From NCBI RefSeq assembly GCF_004010195.1, contig NC_057719.1, forward strand, positions 94,012,659 to 94,076,658: 64,000 nt of DNA, written 5' to 3'. This document shows positions 12,805-24,619 of this stretch, in pieces. This DNA is from Chiloscyllium plagiosum (taxonomy: Eukaryota). Every line of letters starts with the position of its first letter. Position 1 is the stretch's first letter. The notes under the pieces were generated by a model that did no database searches, was not told the origin of the DNA, and was given only the letters and a program-made list of their open reading frames with translations. The position numbers and the translations under genes were made by a program.

Positions 12805-13689
12805 TTAGGAGCCTCCTGTGAAGCGCCTCTTTGATCTTTCCTCCGGCATTTGTAGTGGTTTGAATCTTCCGCTTCCGGTTATCAGTTCCAGCTGTCTGTT
12901 GCAGTGGTCGGTTTATTGGGTCCAGGTCAATGTGCATATTCATTGAATCTGTGGATGAGTGCCATGCCTCTAGGAATACCCTGGCTGTTCTCTGTTTGGC
13001 TTGTCCCACAATAGTAGTGCTGTCCCAGTCGAACTCATGTTGCTTGTCATCTGCGTGTGTGGCTACTATGGTTAGCTGGCCGTGTCGTTTCGTGGCTAGT
13101 TCGTGTTCATGGACGCAGATCGATCGCCGTCTTCCTGTTTGTCCTATGTCGTGTTTTGTACAGTCCTTGCATGGGATTTTGTTCACGACATTGGTTTTGC
13201 TCATGCTGGGTATTGGGTCCTTCATTCTGTTGAGTTGTTGTCTGAGAGTGGCTGTTGGTTTGTGTGCTGTTATGAGTCCTATTGGTCGCAGTAATCTGGT
13301 TGTCAGTTCGGATATGCTCTTGATGTATGATAGTGTGTCTAGTCCTTTGGGTTGTGGCATGTCCTCGTTCCATTGTCTTTCCCTGAGGCATCTGTTGTTG
13401 AAATTGCGGGGGTATCCGTTGTTGGTGAATACATTGTATAGGTGTTCTTCTTCCTCTTTTTGCAGTTCTGGTGTACTGCAGTGCATTGTGTCTCTTTTGA
13501 ATAGTGTCTTGATGCAAATTCTTTTGTGTGTGTTGTCATCCACAGATTCAGTCAATAAGCACATTGACCTGGACCCAATATACCGACCACTGCAACGGAC
13601 AGCTGGAACTGACAACCGGAAGCGGCAGATTCAAGCCACTACAAATGTTGGAGGAAAGATCACAGAACTGCTTCACAGGAGGCTCCTAA

Positions 13690-13728
13690 GCACTGAGGAT
13701 GTACCTAGACAGGGGACGAAACGTCTGC
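13690..13728 (+). ncRNA. Minimal hammerhead ribozyme motif (Poseidon-type pLTR)
   Basis: gca-CTGAGGA-tgtacctagacaggggac-GAAA-cg-TC-tgc. Confidence 0.65.
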
Positions 13729-14607
13729 AACACAAATTCCCAGCTCGGCAAACAGAACCACAACAAGCAAATGCAATGTTAGTATTCATTTCAAGAGAAC
13801 AAGAATACAAGAGAGGGGAAATACTGCTGAGATTGCAATGGACTATTGTCAGATGGCATTTGGAATATTGGGAGCTGTTTTGTGGAGTGATCTGCTGGTG
13901 TTGGAGGTGATCCATCCTGGGAATGACGTCTCCTCATATGATCAGTAGTTGAGGGCTCTGTGTCCGTACTCAATGGAATTTCGAAGGATGGGGGCAGCGG
14001 TGGCTGATTGAAACTGATCGATTACTGGAAAGATTGATACAGTAAGCGTGTAGAAGATATTCTCACTAGTCATAGAGACTATGACAATGAAGCACAGTTT
14101 TAAGAGTGAACAAATGGGCTGAATAGCTTAACTTTACTGCTCTATCCCATGCTCTTATGGTCATAGATTATATAATTCAGTGCAGAATTGAAATCCTCCG
14201 ACCTGCTCTTGTAACCATTGTATTTTTATATTATTTTGACAGCACGTTCTGGTCAATGGTAACCCCTGTGATATGGACGGTGGGAGGATTTAGTGTCGGT
14301 CAGTAGTCCAATAATATTTTGAATATGAGCTGCTATTTTTGAGTCTCATTTGGCCGGAGTACATTGTCTCTACGCTGATTGCCATTTTCAGTCTGGTATT
14401 TTCGAAGGATCGATACAGTGGCGCCAGTGTTGTTGAATTTAACAAAACGGGTGCAATTTATCATAGCACTCAGCAACCATGAGCCATAGAACACTGAGCA
14501 ACCTTCTAATAACAGAAAGGTTTAAAACGTTCAGTATCAGAAACATTGCTTTCCTGCTCGTATTCAAATCAGACAATCCATCTCATCGAGATGCTCAACT
14601 TGGAACT

Positions 14608-16427
14608 ATTTTTAAGGATCTTATTTGGATGTGGGCATCTCTGGATGCGCCCCCCCCCCCATTTCTTGCCTGTCCGTAGTTGCCCCCGGAGAAGATGGTG
14701 CTGAGCTGCCTTCGTGAACCACGACAGTCCACCTGCTGTGCGTTGACCCACAATGCCATTAGGGAGGTAATTCCAGGGATTTGACCCAGCAACAGTGAAG
14801 GAAGGGCGGTACATTTCCAAATCAGGATGGTTCTGGTTTGATTGGGAACTTGAAGGTGGTGGTGTTACCAAACATCTGCTGCCCTTGACATTCTCGATGG
14901 AAGTGTTCGTGGGATTGTAAGGTGCTGTCTGAGGAACTTTGGGGAATTTCTGCAGTGCGTCTTGTCGATAGTACACACTGCTACTACTGAGCACTGATTG
15001 TGGAGGGAGTGAATGCTGATGGATGTGGTGCCAATCAAATGGCTGCTTTGTCTGGGATGGTGACAAGCTTCTTTAGGGGTTGCACTCATTCAGGCAACTG
15101 GGAATTATTTAATCTCATTTCTGATTTCTGCCCTGTAGATGTTGGACAGGCTTTGGATAGTCTGGAGGTGAGTTACTCGTGCAGTATCCTTAGCCTCTGA
15201 TCTGCTCTTGTATTTATGTCGTGAGTCCAGTTGAGTTTCTGGTCTATGAATACCACCAGGATATTGACAGTAGATAAATTTAGTGATGATAATGCTGCTG
15301 AATACCAAGTAGTTATATTGTTTCTTATTGGTAATGGTCATTGTTTGGCATTTATGTGGCTTGAATGTTAGTTGCCACTTGTCAGCCCAAGTCTGGATAT
15401 GGTCCAGATCTTGTTGCATTTAGGCATGAATTGCTTCACTATCTGAGCATTTGATAATAGTGCTGAACATTGTGCATTCATCGTCGAATATCCCCACTAC
15501 TGACCTTATGATAGAGGGAAGGTCATTGATGAAGCAGCTGAAGATGTTTGGACTTAGGACATTATCCAATGGGACTACTGCAGAAATGTTCTGGAGCTGA
15601 GATGACTAACCTCCACTAACCATGACCATCTTCCTATCTGTCAGGCATGACTCCAATAATGGAGTGTTTGCCCGCGATAACCTTTTACCTTGAGGTCCTT
15701 GATGCCACGTTTGAAAGAATGCAGCCTTGATGTTAATGGCTGGAATTCAGTTCCTTTTTCCTTGATTGAACCAAGGCTGTGATGAGGTCAGGAGCTGAGT
15801 GACCCTGGCAGAACCCAAACTGGGCGTCACTGACCAAGTTATTGCTTAGCAGGTGCTACTTGATAGCACTGTTGATGACCCCTTCCATCATTTTACTGAT
15901 GATAGAGAACAGACTGATGGCCGTGTTGATTTTGTGCTGCCTTTTACGTATAGGACATACTTGAGCAGCTTTTTTCCCCCATTGGTGTTTTCTCACCGTA
16001 CTGGAACAGCTTGGCTAGGGGAGCGGCAAGTTCTGGACTGCTGCCAGCATTCTATCAGGTCCCGTGGCCTTTGCAGTATCCAGTGCTTTAACATCAGTCA
16101 ATCGAATTTGCTGAAGACTGCTATTTGTAATGAAAGAGACCATGGGAGCAAACCGAATTGGATCATCCACTCGAAACGTCGGACTGAAGAATTCTGTGAA
16201 AGCTTCAGCCTTATCTTTTGCACTGATGTTCTGGGCGTTTTCATCGTTGAAAATGGGGATATTTTAGGAGACTCCGACTCTGGTGAGTTGTTTAATTGTC
16301 CACCACCATCCACGATCTTATTGGAAGGACTGCAGAGCTTGCATCTGATGGGTTGGTTGTAGTATTGCTTAGCTCTGTCTGTACCTTGCTCTTTTTGCTA
16401 TCTGGCACGCAAGTAGTTCTGCTTGGA

Positions 16428-16470
<43 letters not shown>

Positions 16471-17731
16471 GATACACACACACACACCTGGTTCAGCTCC
16501 TAGCGTGCGCTTCTGCACTCTCCATTGAAGCAGAGTTGATGCTCTGACTTGATAGTGGAAGATATGCTGGGCCATGGCGTTACAGATTGTGCTGGAGTAC
16601 AATCCTGCTGCGATTGACTGTCCACAGTGTCATATGAATGCTCAGTCTTGAGTTGCTAAATATGTTCGTAGTCTGTGCCATTTAGCATGGTGATAGTGCT
16701 ACACAACACAATAGAGTTTATTCTCAAGGAGAAGTTGACACTTTCTCTCCACAGCGGCAGATTTGTGGTCACTTTTACAGATACTGTCATGGACAGATAC
16801 ATCTGAAGTTGGTAGATTAGTCAGGATAAGGTGAGGTAAGTTTATTTTTCCCTGCCGTTCATTCCCTCACCACCTGCTGCAGACCAAATCTCGTAGCTAT
16901 GCCTTTTAGGACCCAACCAGCGTGATTAGTAGTACTGCCAAACTACTCTTGGTGGTCTACTATGAAATCTGCCAGCCAGAATACTTTTTTGTGTCCTTTC
17001 CACAGTTAGTGGGTTAACATGAAGGAGAACTGGTTCAGCTGAGGAACGATGTTACGTGGTAATCAGTTAGAGGCTTATTTGGCTCCGTTTCACCTGAAGC
17101 TATTTCCCATCTGGATCACACTGAACTGCTCCCTCTGCTGGATCCGTCCTGCCTTTGGGAGAGAACATATCCAAGAACAGTGATGATGGTGCCTGGGTTG
17201 TTTCTGCAAGATATGATTCCATGAGTATGACTCTGTCAGGCTATTCCTTGACTAGTCGGTAAGGCGGTTATCCTAATGTTGGTACTAGCCCTTAGATGTT
17301 AGTAAGGGGGACTTTGCAGTTTCGACTGAGATGTTTCTAATGTTGACTTTTCTGGTGCACAGTGTGATGCCAGCTGTTCCCGTTGGTTTCACTTCTTTGA
17401 GACTTTGGAACGGTTGGTACACCTGAATGATTTACTAGACCATTTCAGAGGGCGATTCAGAGTCAATGACATTGCTTTGGGTCTGGAGTCCACATGTCGG
17501 CCAGACCAGGTGAGGGTGGAAGTGTCCTTCATTGAAAGATATCAGTGAACCAGATGGGTTTACTGACAATCGGCGTTGATTTCATTCTCATCAGGAGAGT
17601 CTTAATTCCACGGATATCTTTAAATTATTGAGTTGAATTTCCACCATCTGCAGTGGCGGGATTCGAGCCTGGATCCACAGAACAGGAGCTGATTTTCTGG
17701 ACTGATAATCCAGTGATAATACCATGAGGCC
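14608..17731 (-). mobile_element. Near full-length decayed single-ORF CR1/L2-group LINE (APE plus RT) with a tRNA/Deu-SINE-like 5' end
   Basis: APE start LTNI*GLVP..RLVKE*PDRVILMESYL near 17300. RT end QQDLDHIQTWADKWQLTFKPHKCQTMTI. B-box-like ggctcgaatccc at 17658-17669. Deu-like cctggtctggccgacatgtggactccagacccaaagcaatg. 3' tail gatgcccacatcc. Confidence 0.8.
16431..16488. repeat. (TA)n(CA)n microsatellite
   Basis: Direct reading. Confidence 0.95.
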
Positions 17732-19039
17732 CGACTTGGAACCACATGTTGTACTCAGCTGCCTATTCTTGTATTGTCCTATTTATTTTCAATGCTTATA
17801 TTATTCTGGAATCTTATCCTTCAGTAAATCCTGATTGAAATACACGGTGATGAATGTCATCTCGACTGCTCGAAAATCATTCAGTCTGTTTTGATTTTAC
17901 AGACATTTCAAGGCAGGTGAACATTATAAAAGAACAGGAAGATGCCATGGGTGATTGTGCACTGTACCTGTCACCGAACCCGCGGATCTGCCCAGACACC
18001 TAAAGTATTTATTGTGTGTCAGAGAACCTCGGATTATTATAGTACAGATGGAGGCCGGTCAGCCCATAATGAGGTCACGAGCTCTCCAACTGCACAATTG
18101 GAGATAGAGAGAGTGTGTGGAGAAATAAACAGAGAGAAAGAAAGTGAAGGGAGATAAACTGACAGAGAATAGAAAGGGGAGCGACTGACTGAGTGGAAGA
18201 GGAAGAGGTGTGAGATGAGGGTGAACTTAGATAGATCAGAAGACAGCATGAGGGTATATAGATATGGACAGGCAGAAGGTAGATGTTTTATTTAGAATTT
18301 CCTCTGGACAGCAAGCCCTTTGTCTGGGTACCATACCTTGTGAGCACTGTGCTGATACACTCTGTCATCCCAAATTATTTATTTCCAATCATATCACAGA
18401 GTTGTTTACTGAAAGATAAACAGAACCCATTAGGCCAATAGAGTGGTTCCATGGAGAAAGCAGAGTTTTTAAATACTCGTGAATCAGGAACATCACTGTC
18501 CCTCCGCCCAGTCTAAACAGTCATGTCCCCCGTGTTTTCCATCTTCTGTCTTTTCCCCAATGTCATAATCACAACGTAATTGAAATTCATTAAATGACAT
18601 TTCATCATAGTTCCTTAACATCGAGAACATCAACATATGACCCACACCCACCCTCTCTGATCCTGGAATAACAATCTGATTTGTGTTTGTCACGTACAAT
18701 TCTCTGTTAATATATCCATGCCAATTGTTTGTTATAACTCATGTTTTCTTACGCACATTATGCTATCAGATCATATATGATAGATGTTCTCTCAACGTTT
18801 CACTCATATTACAATGACTGATCTGTAGTTACAGGATTTATTCCTCTAATAATGAGCAGAGGAACATATATATGTTCCGCCAAACCTCTGGCATTACTTC
18901 CATATCCAAAGCAGACTGAATAATTACACGCAATCAATCTGCCATCTTCAACATTCCTTCCCTCAGTTACACTCACATATCAAATCCAGAATGCATAAAT
19001 GTTCAAAGTTATTTTGAAATTTAATAAACAGTATTGAAT

Positions 19040-19200
19040 TGATAGGGGTTACCTGAAGCTATTTGTTCAGCGATTGTGATTATGTCAGTCTCCGTGGATC
19101 CTATACGTCCCAAGAGAGTTTCTCTCTTCAATCAATAAGGGAATGCTTTCAGTGTTTGATTCCATAGTGTGAGCGGGAGCATGAACAACAGCATTAACAA
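19040..19200 (+). promoter_or_regulatory. Conserved putative proximal promoter of GPCR copy 1
   Basis: The block ctgRagctRtttgttc.g..tgtga..atg.cag..ctc..tgRatc..aataagg is shared with 36560-36665 and 54520-54625 at a similar distance upstream of each exon; AT-rich TATA-like aataagg. Confidence 0.4.
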
Positions 19201-19271
19201 GGATTGGCAGCTTCAGAGAGAGTGTGAGGAGAGATCAGAAACTGGTAACAATAGACTAGACTTTTCCAACA

Positions 19272-19433
19272 ATGGATCAGAATCTGGGAACATTAGACTG
19301 GAATGTTCCAACAATGGACAGGAGTTTATCTGATGGATTTTACTGGCTTTCTTAGCCTTGGATATCAATAGCATGGCGGATTGAAGATGTACTGATGGTT
19401 ACTATCCTATCCTTGCTATGGTTGGTGTTCCTG
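19272..19433 (+). pseudogene. GPR139/GPR142-like GPCR exon 1, copy 1 (pseudo-exon)
   Basis: MDQNLGTLDWNVPTMDRSLSDGFYWLS* with TAG at 19353-19355; ~13-nt deletion before GYYPILAMVGVP; weakened donor G|gtcagt. Confidence 0.75.
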
Positions 19434-19844
19434 GTCAGTCACTCTGTCTGTTTATTGAAACGGTCTGAACTGAATCGATGCTCATGATATGAAAATTTTG
19501 GAAAGGTGCAAGTCAACGTTTTCAGTTCCAATCAATTATTCCATTCCTTCGAATTTATAAAGAGCAGATTACTCAATACAAATTGCTTACCAATATGCGA
19601 GGATGAAACACATTGTTCTCAACCTCTTTGATTCATTTTCTCCTTCAAAGTTGCATCTCCATATCCTCCCCACATACCAGTCTCCTCCTCAGCCTCAGTT
19701 CAATTCCTGAATAAACCATCGTTTGTGCCTTTGTTAATTCTGTATACATCTGTTTCAAGTCCCTTCTTACCACGTGTCCATTGCAAAATAATTGCACTTA
19801 AGATATTTAACTTGTTCTCTGCACAGAATCTTAAAGATGGGAAG

Positions 19845-19980
19845 ACAGTGTATGGTGGTCACACCATTGGCTCGTAATCTCGAACTACATAATAATAACT
19901 TGTTGATATCGGCTTGCCTAATGCCCATTAGATAAGGCAATGGGTCATCCTTCCCTGTTTAGTTCTTTGTGTAAGGAAAG
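19845..19980 (+). mobile_element. Old SacSINE1/Deu-like SINE remnant in intron of copy 1
   Basis: Same position and similar sequence as the SINEs at 37420-37740 and 55400-55735. Confidence 0.5.
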
Positions 19981-20829
19981 ATAACTCCCTTCCTCTGCTT
20001 CTATCCCATATTCCTGTAGCTGATTGCCATTCAGGTATCTGACCATTCACTGTTTTAGATGGATTATTTGTGATTCAGTCTCTCCCAAGAGGAATGCCCA
20101 TCGCCATGGGCACTTCTGGTGCTGGCTTTATTTATGCTGACCTGCAGATCTAATGATGTTTTAAATTCCACATCAGTGGCAGTGCATTGTAAATGAATGA
20201 TTTCCTGTGTCACACAAAAGAAATGGTGCCATCAAAGTGAGGGAAAGGAATTATTGTCATCAAACCTGAGGGTGTTATTGATTCAGTATCTGGTGTATTG
20301 TGGACTGATTGTCTCTCCTTTATAAGGAGTGATCTCCTTATCATAGAGAGAGTGCAATAGAGTTCCACCAGATTAATGACTGGGATGATAGCATAATGAG
20401 GAGTGAGTGAAGGTACATCTGCAGCGCTGTGAGAGAATACAAGTTGATTGCATTGAACTCTGAGGGGGATGGAAATCACTCCTTATATTCTAAACAGACA
20501 ATGAGAAGGTGATAAATTCCATGACTTCTCTTTCACTCAGGCTGCATGATTCAGGATATTGGAAGTGCTTGATAGGACGTTATGCCCATCCACCCCAACC
20601 CCTAATCCCCAAGGCGATTGAGAGAGACAGAGAGGTCCAGGTTTTGAATAAATTCTCCCCACATTAATACAGGGCAGCGATCCTGCACTGAATGTCATAT
20701 TATCCACCACCCGGACAGCAGCCACAATACCTTCATTCTAAAACAGTTAACTCTTCCCACCAGCTTCTGACCTTCATGAAGAACATGAATCCATCTTCTC
20801 AGAGATGCAAGGTGTTTCCTTAAGGATTA

Positions 20830-23600
20830 GACCATAAGACGATAAGGCATAGGAGTAAAAAGTAGGCTAGCTAGCCCATCGAGCCTGCTCCACCATTCAG
20901 ACACCGCTGCTCGGTCTCTGAAAACAATTTTCCGACCTTCTCCCTGTAACCCTTGATTATCTAGATAATCAAAAATCTATCTATTTCCGTCTCAAATATA
21001 CTCAATGACCGGCCCCCACAGCCTACTGTTGTAATAAATATCAAAGATTAACCATTCTCTGGTTAAACACTGTTCTCCTTGTCACTGTTCTAAAAGTGTT
21101 CCTTTTATTCTAAGGCTCCTCAGGTTCCAGTCCAATGGAAACATCTTATCAACATCCACTCTGTCCAAGTCATTCGGTATTCTATATGTTTCAATTATAT
21201 CCCCTCTCATCCTTCTAAACTTTATCGACTATAGACCCAGAGACCTCAAACATTTCTCATACAATAAGATTTTCACTCCTATGACCATTCTCGTGAAAAT
21301 CGTCTGAACACACTCCAGGGCCAGTATCCTTCCTGAGATATGGGGCTCAAAAGTGCGCGAAATACTCCAAATGTGGTCTGGCCAGAGCCGTATACAGCCT
21401 GAGCTTATATTCAATTCCTCTAGTAGTAAATGCCACAAATAATAAATGCAATTGCCCTCCTAACTACTGCCTCAATCTGCAAGCTTACCTTGAGCGGAAC
21501 TTGCACTAGAACTCCCAAGCCCGTTTGCACTTCAGATTTCAGAATTTTCTCCCCATTTAGAAAATAGAACACGCCTCTATTCTTCGTGCCAAAGTGCATG
21601 ATCTCACACTTTCCCACGTTAGAATGCATCTGCCGAACTCTTTAGCTGTCCAAATTCCTTCTTCAGCCTCTCGGCTTCCTTAATACGACCTGTCCATCTG
21701 CCGATCTTTGTGTCATCCGCAAACGTAACCAGAGGGCCCTCAATTCCGTCATCTAGATTGTTAACGTCCCATGTAAAATGTTATGATTCCAACACTGAGT
21801 CTTGTGGAACACCACTTGTCACCGGCTGCCATCCTGAGAAGGACCATTTTATCTCCATTCTCTGCTTTCTGCCGGATAGACAAGTTGTATTCATGCCACT
21901 AACTTGCTTCTAACACCACGGACCCTGATCATACTCAGTAATCTCCTGTGTGACACCTTGTCAAAGGCCTTCTTGAAGTCCAGTTGGATAACATCTATTG
22001 GCTGTGCTTGGTCGAGCCTGCTCATTTCCCCTTCAAAGAATTCCAACAGATTTATCAGGCATGACCTTCCCTTGAAACCATGCTGACTTTGCCCTATTTT
22101 ACCAAACACTTCCAAATATTCAGAAATCTCACCCTTCACAATGGATTCCTGAATCTTACCCACGACCGAGGTTACGCTATTCATCATGGGTTTTTTTTGC
22201 CTTTTCCCTTACTCCCTTGTTAAAGAGGGGTGTCACGTCATGGATTTCCAGTGCTCTGGGATCGCTCCTTACTCTAGTGATTCCTGAAAGATCACCACTA
22301 TCGCCCCCACTCCCGCTTCAGTTGTCTCCCTTATACCACTGGGATGTAGTCTATCCGGTCCAGGATATTTAACCAACTGCAGGCTATTCATTTTTTTTCG
22401 AGCACGCTCTCCATGGTGGTGGTCATCATACACAGTTCTGGCCCCTCACCATCTTGAATGTTAAGGTATTACTCGTGTCTTCCACGGTGAAGTAATTTTT
22501 CAGTTCCTCGGCCTTTTTCTTGGTCCCCACTACTATCTCTTCAGTATCATTTTCCAGCAGTCCAATGCCGACTTGTCCTCTCTTTTGTACTTTGTATATC
22601 GAAGGAACTCTTACAGACTTCCTTTACGTTACTGACTAGCTTATCCCCATATTAACCATCACCCTCCTTATTTTATTTTGTTTGCCTTCTGTTTGTCTTT
22701 GTAAGTTTCCCAGTCCTCTGATTTCCCACTGCATTTTGCCACATTATATCCTTTCTCTTTTGCTTTTATGCTGTACCTGACTTCCCTAGTCAGCCATGGT
22801 TGCTTCATCCTTCCTGTACCATGCCCCTTTTACTTGGGATAAATCTCTGCTGTATCCTGAATTACTACAAAAATCTCCTGCCATTGCTTTTGCACTGTCT
22901 TTCCTGCTGGCCCCGTCGCCCAGTCAATTCTACCCAGCTCCTCACTCATGCCTCTGTAATTCCCTTTATTCAGCTTTATTACCATTACTTCTGATTCTAA
23001 ATTATCCAATTGAAATTGCAGAGTAAGTTCAATCATATTATCATCACTGCCTGCTGATTTCCTTCACCTTAAACTCCCTGATCTAGTCTCTCTGCTCCAA
23101 AATGCCATTTCATAGACATTCCACAAATTCATTTTCCTGCAAACCACTATCATCATGAATTCCCAGTCCACCTACGAAGCGAAATCCCACATTATTACTG
23201 TAACTTCGGCTTTCCCAACGGTCTTTCGAGCTCCTGGTGTATCTTGCACCCCAGCGCCTGACTACTGTTTGGAGGTCTGTAAATAACTTCAACTGCATTT
23301 TTTTCACCTTTTCGATTCCTCAAATCTACCGACACAGGTTCTACACCATCTGGCCTTATTTCATTGCTTATTATTGATTCAATTCCAGTTCCTACTAATG
23401 AGCCAATTCTATCCCGCTGCACCTGCCAATCTTTTCGACAGGATGAATATCCTTCCATATTCAGCTCCCAGTCCTTATCCTCTTGCAGCGATGTCACTGT
23501 GATGCCCACCATGCCGTACCTGCCAATTAGTGTCTGGGTCACAAGCTCAGTTACCTTACTCCTTTTACTGCATGCATTCCGATATAACAGTTCAGTCCTG
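20830..23600 (-). mobile_element. CR1 LINE ORF2 (APE plus RT) with deletions
   Basis: IYRPPNS (APE), SQHGFKGRSCLINLLEFFE, LDFKKAFDKVSHRRLL, NVGKCEIMHFG; tail ..tcttatggtctaa at the left end. Confidence 0.9.
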
Positions 23601-23644
23601 TATTAACAGCCTCTCTTCTCATTGTCATTTGTTTGTCCAGCCTT

Positions 23645-23822
23645 TGGTACCTACACGGACCCTGACCACTGGATCATTCCTCTCCCACTCCAAGTTCTTC
23701 TGCAGCCCAGATGACAAATCCGAAACCCAAGCACCAGGTAGGCAACACAACATTCAGGACTCTCAATTCCGGTCAGCGAGAGCAGTATTTATGCCTCTAT
23801 CCATACTATCTCCAATTATCCA
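23645..23822 (-). mobile_element. CR1 ORF1 SGNH/GDSL esterase fragment
   Basis: Minus strand IIGDSMDRGINT..MLCCLPGAWVSDLSSGLQKNLEWERNDPVVRVRVGT. Confidence 0.75.
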
Positions 23823-24619
23823 TCATTAGGCAGCACGGTGACACAGCACTCCTGTCTCACAGTACTAGTGACTCGTGTTCAATTCCAATTTCTGGACCCT
23901 GTCTGGGTGGAGATTATATATTCTTCCCAAGTCTGCATTGGGAGCATTCATTCTTTTCTCCCTCCACAGAATGCCTCTGTGTTTGCTTCGGATCTCTGCC
24001 ATCTACAGTGTTTTTGCTTTTGTTTGATGGAGAAATAGAGCAAATGTTACAAGCTTTTGTAAAAGCAGCCTTGGTTCTCGGGTTCTCTGGGTGATTAGGA
24101 ATCTGCTAAGCCACTTGTTCAGTGCAGTGTCCCGCGATACCCACTCCATCTCTCTCAGTCCCTCAGTCCATCGTCACTGCAGTCTTTCCTTGTGCCACCC
24201 CCGGGGCTCCCCACACCGCATCACCTGGCATTGGATCCTCCCAATGCACGACTGTGCACACAACGACACTGGGCCCTTTCTGACCCGCTACGGATGCTGG
24301 ATAAAGACCCTGCCATTGAAAGGAACAGAAAAACTACATTCCAATTGAACAGCAAAGCGGAGGAAACAGCATCCATCTGCTCTGACATTTCCTAGTCTTC
24401 TGTTTATCCTCGTTCATCTCCAAATAGATGGTCCATATGTATACCTTGTCAAATAGGTTTGGTGGAGGTGAAAGATATCAGATCCTGTGCTCATTGGACT
24501 GATTCAGTGGACACCACTTTTTTAGTTAGTGATGTCACACTTTAGTTTTTAATCATCAAGTCTGTCCATTTTAATTAAAAGGTCTTGCCAGAGTTGTGCA
24601 TTTTGAATACTGCATAAAC

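Larger units (their letters stand above)
12698..13764 (-). mobile_element. Poseidon-type PLE, 5'-truncated, with inverted 3' copy (tail-to-tail) and ~16-bp TSD
   Basis: ORF 12716-13615 holds the RT thumb and GIY-YIG (NVVNKIPCKDCTKHDIGQTGR). 13536-13764 is an inverted copy of 12727-12958. TSD aagcaaatgcaaYgtt at 12682-12697 and 13765-13780. Confidence 0.9.
12300..14160 (+). mobile_element. Degenerate CR1 LINE interrupted by a PLE
   Basis: KFADN, VQVQLAVRKANA|..ANAMLVFISR, HLEYW; ends in a CR1 3' tail (gggctgaatagc..cttatggtc). Confidence 0.75.
17880..20820 (+). repeat. Segmental duplication unit 1 (upstream region, GPCR exon 1, start of intron 1)
   Basis: 17880-18480 aligns by eye with 26340-26940. 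18490-20820 aligns with 36010-38570. Parts align with 54500-58290. Confidence 0.85.

Noticed and set aside
12930..13910. 326-aa plus-strand ORF as a gene
   Set aside because: It is the antisense of the PLE ORF fused to the inverted arm and CR1 sequence.
24060..24310. Immunoglobulin-domain exon (VFIQHP..GEPRGW..EWVS..RF)
   Set aside because: Two stops, wrong Cys/Trp spacing, no YxC motif and no RSS; similarity is too weak.
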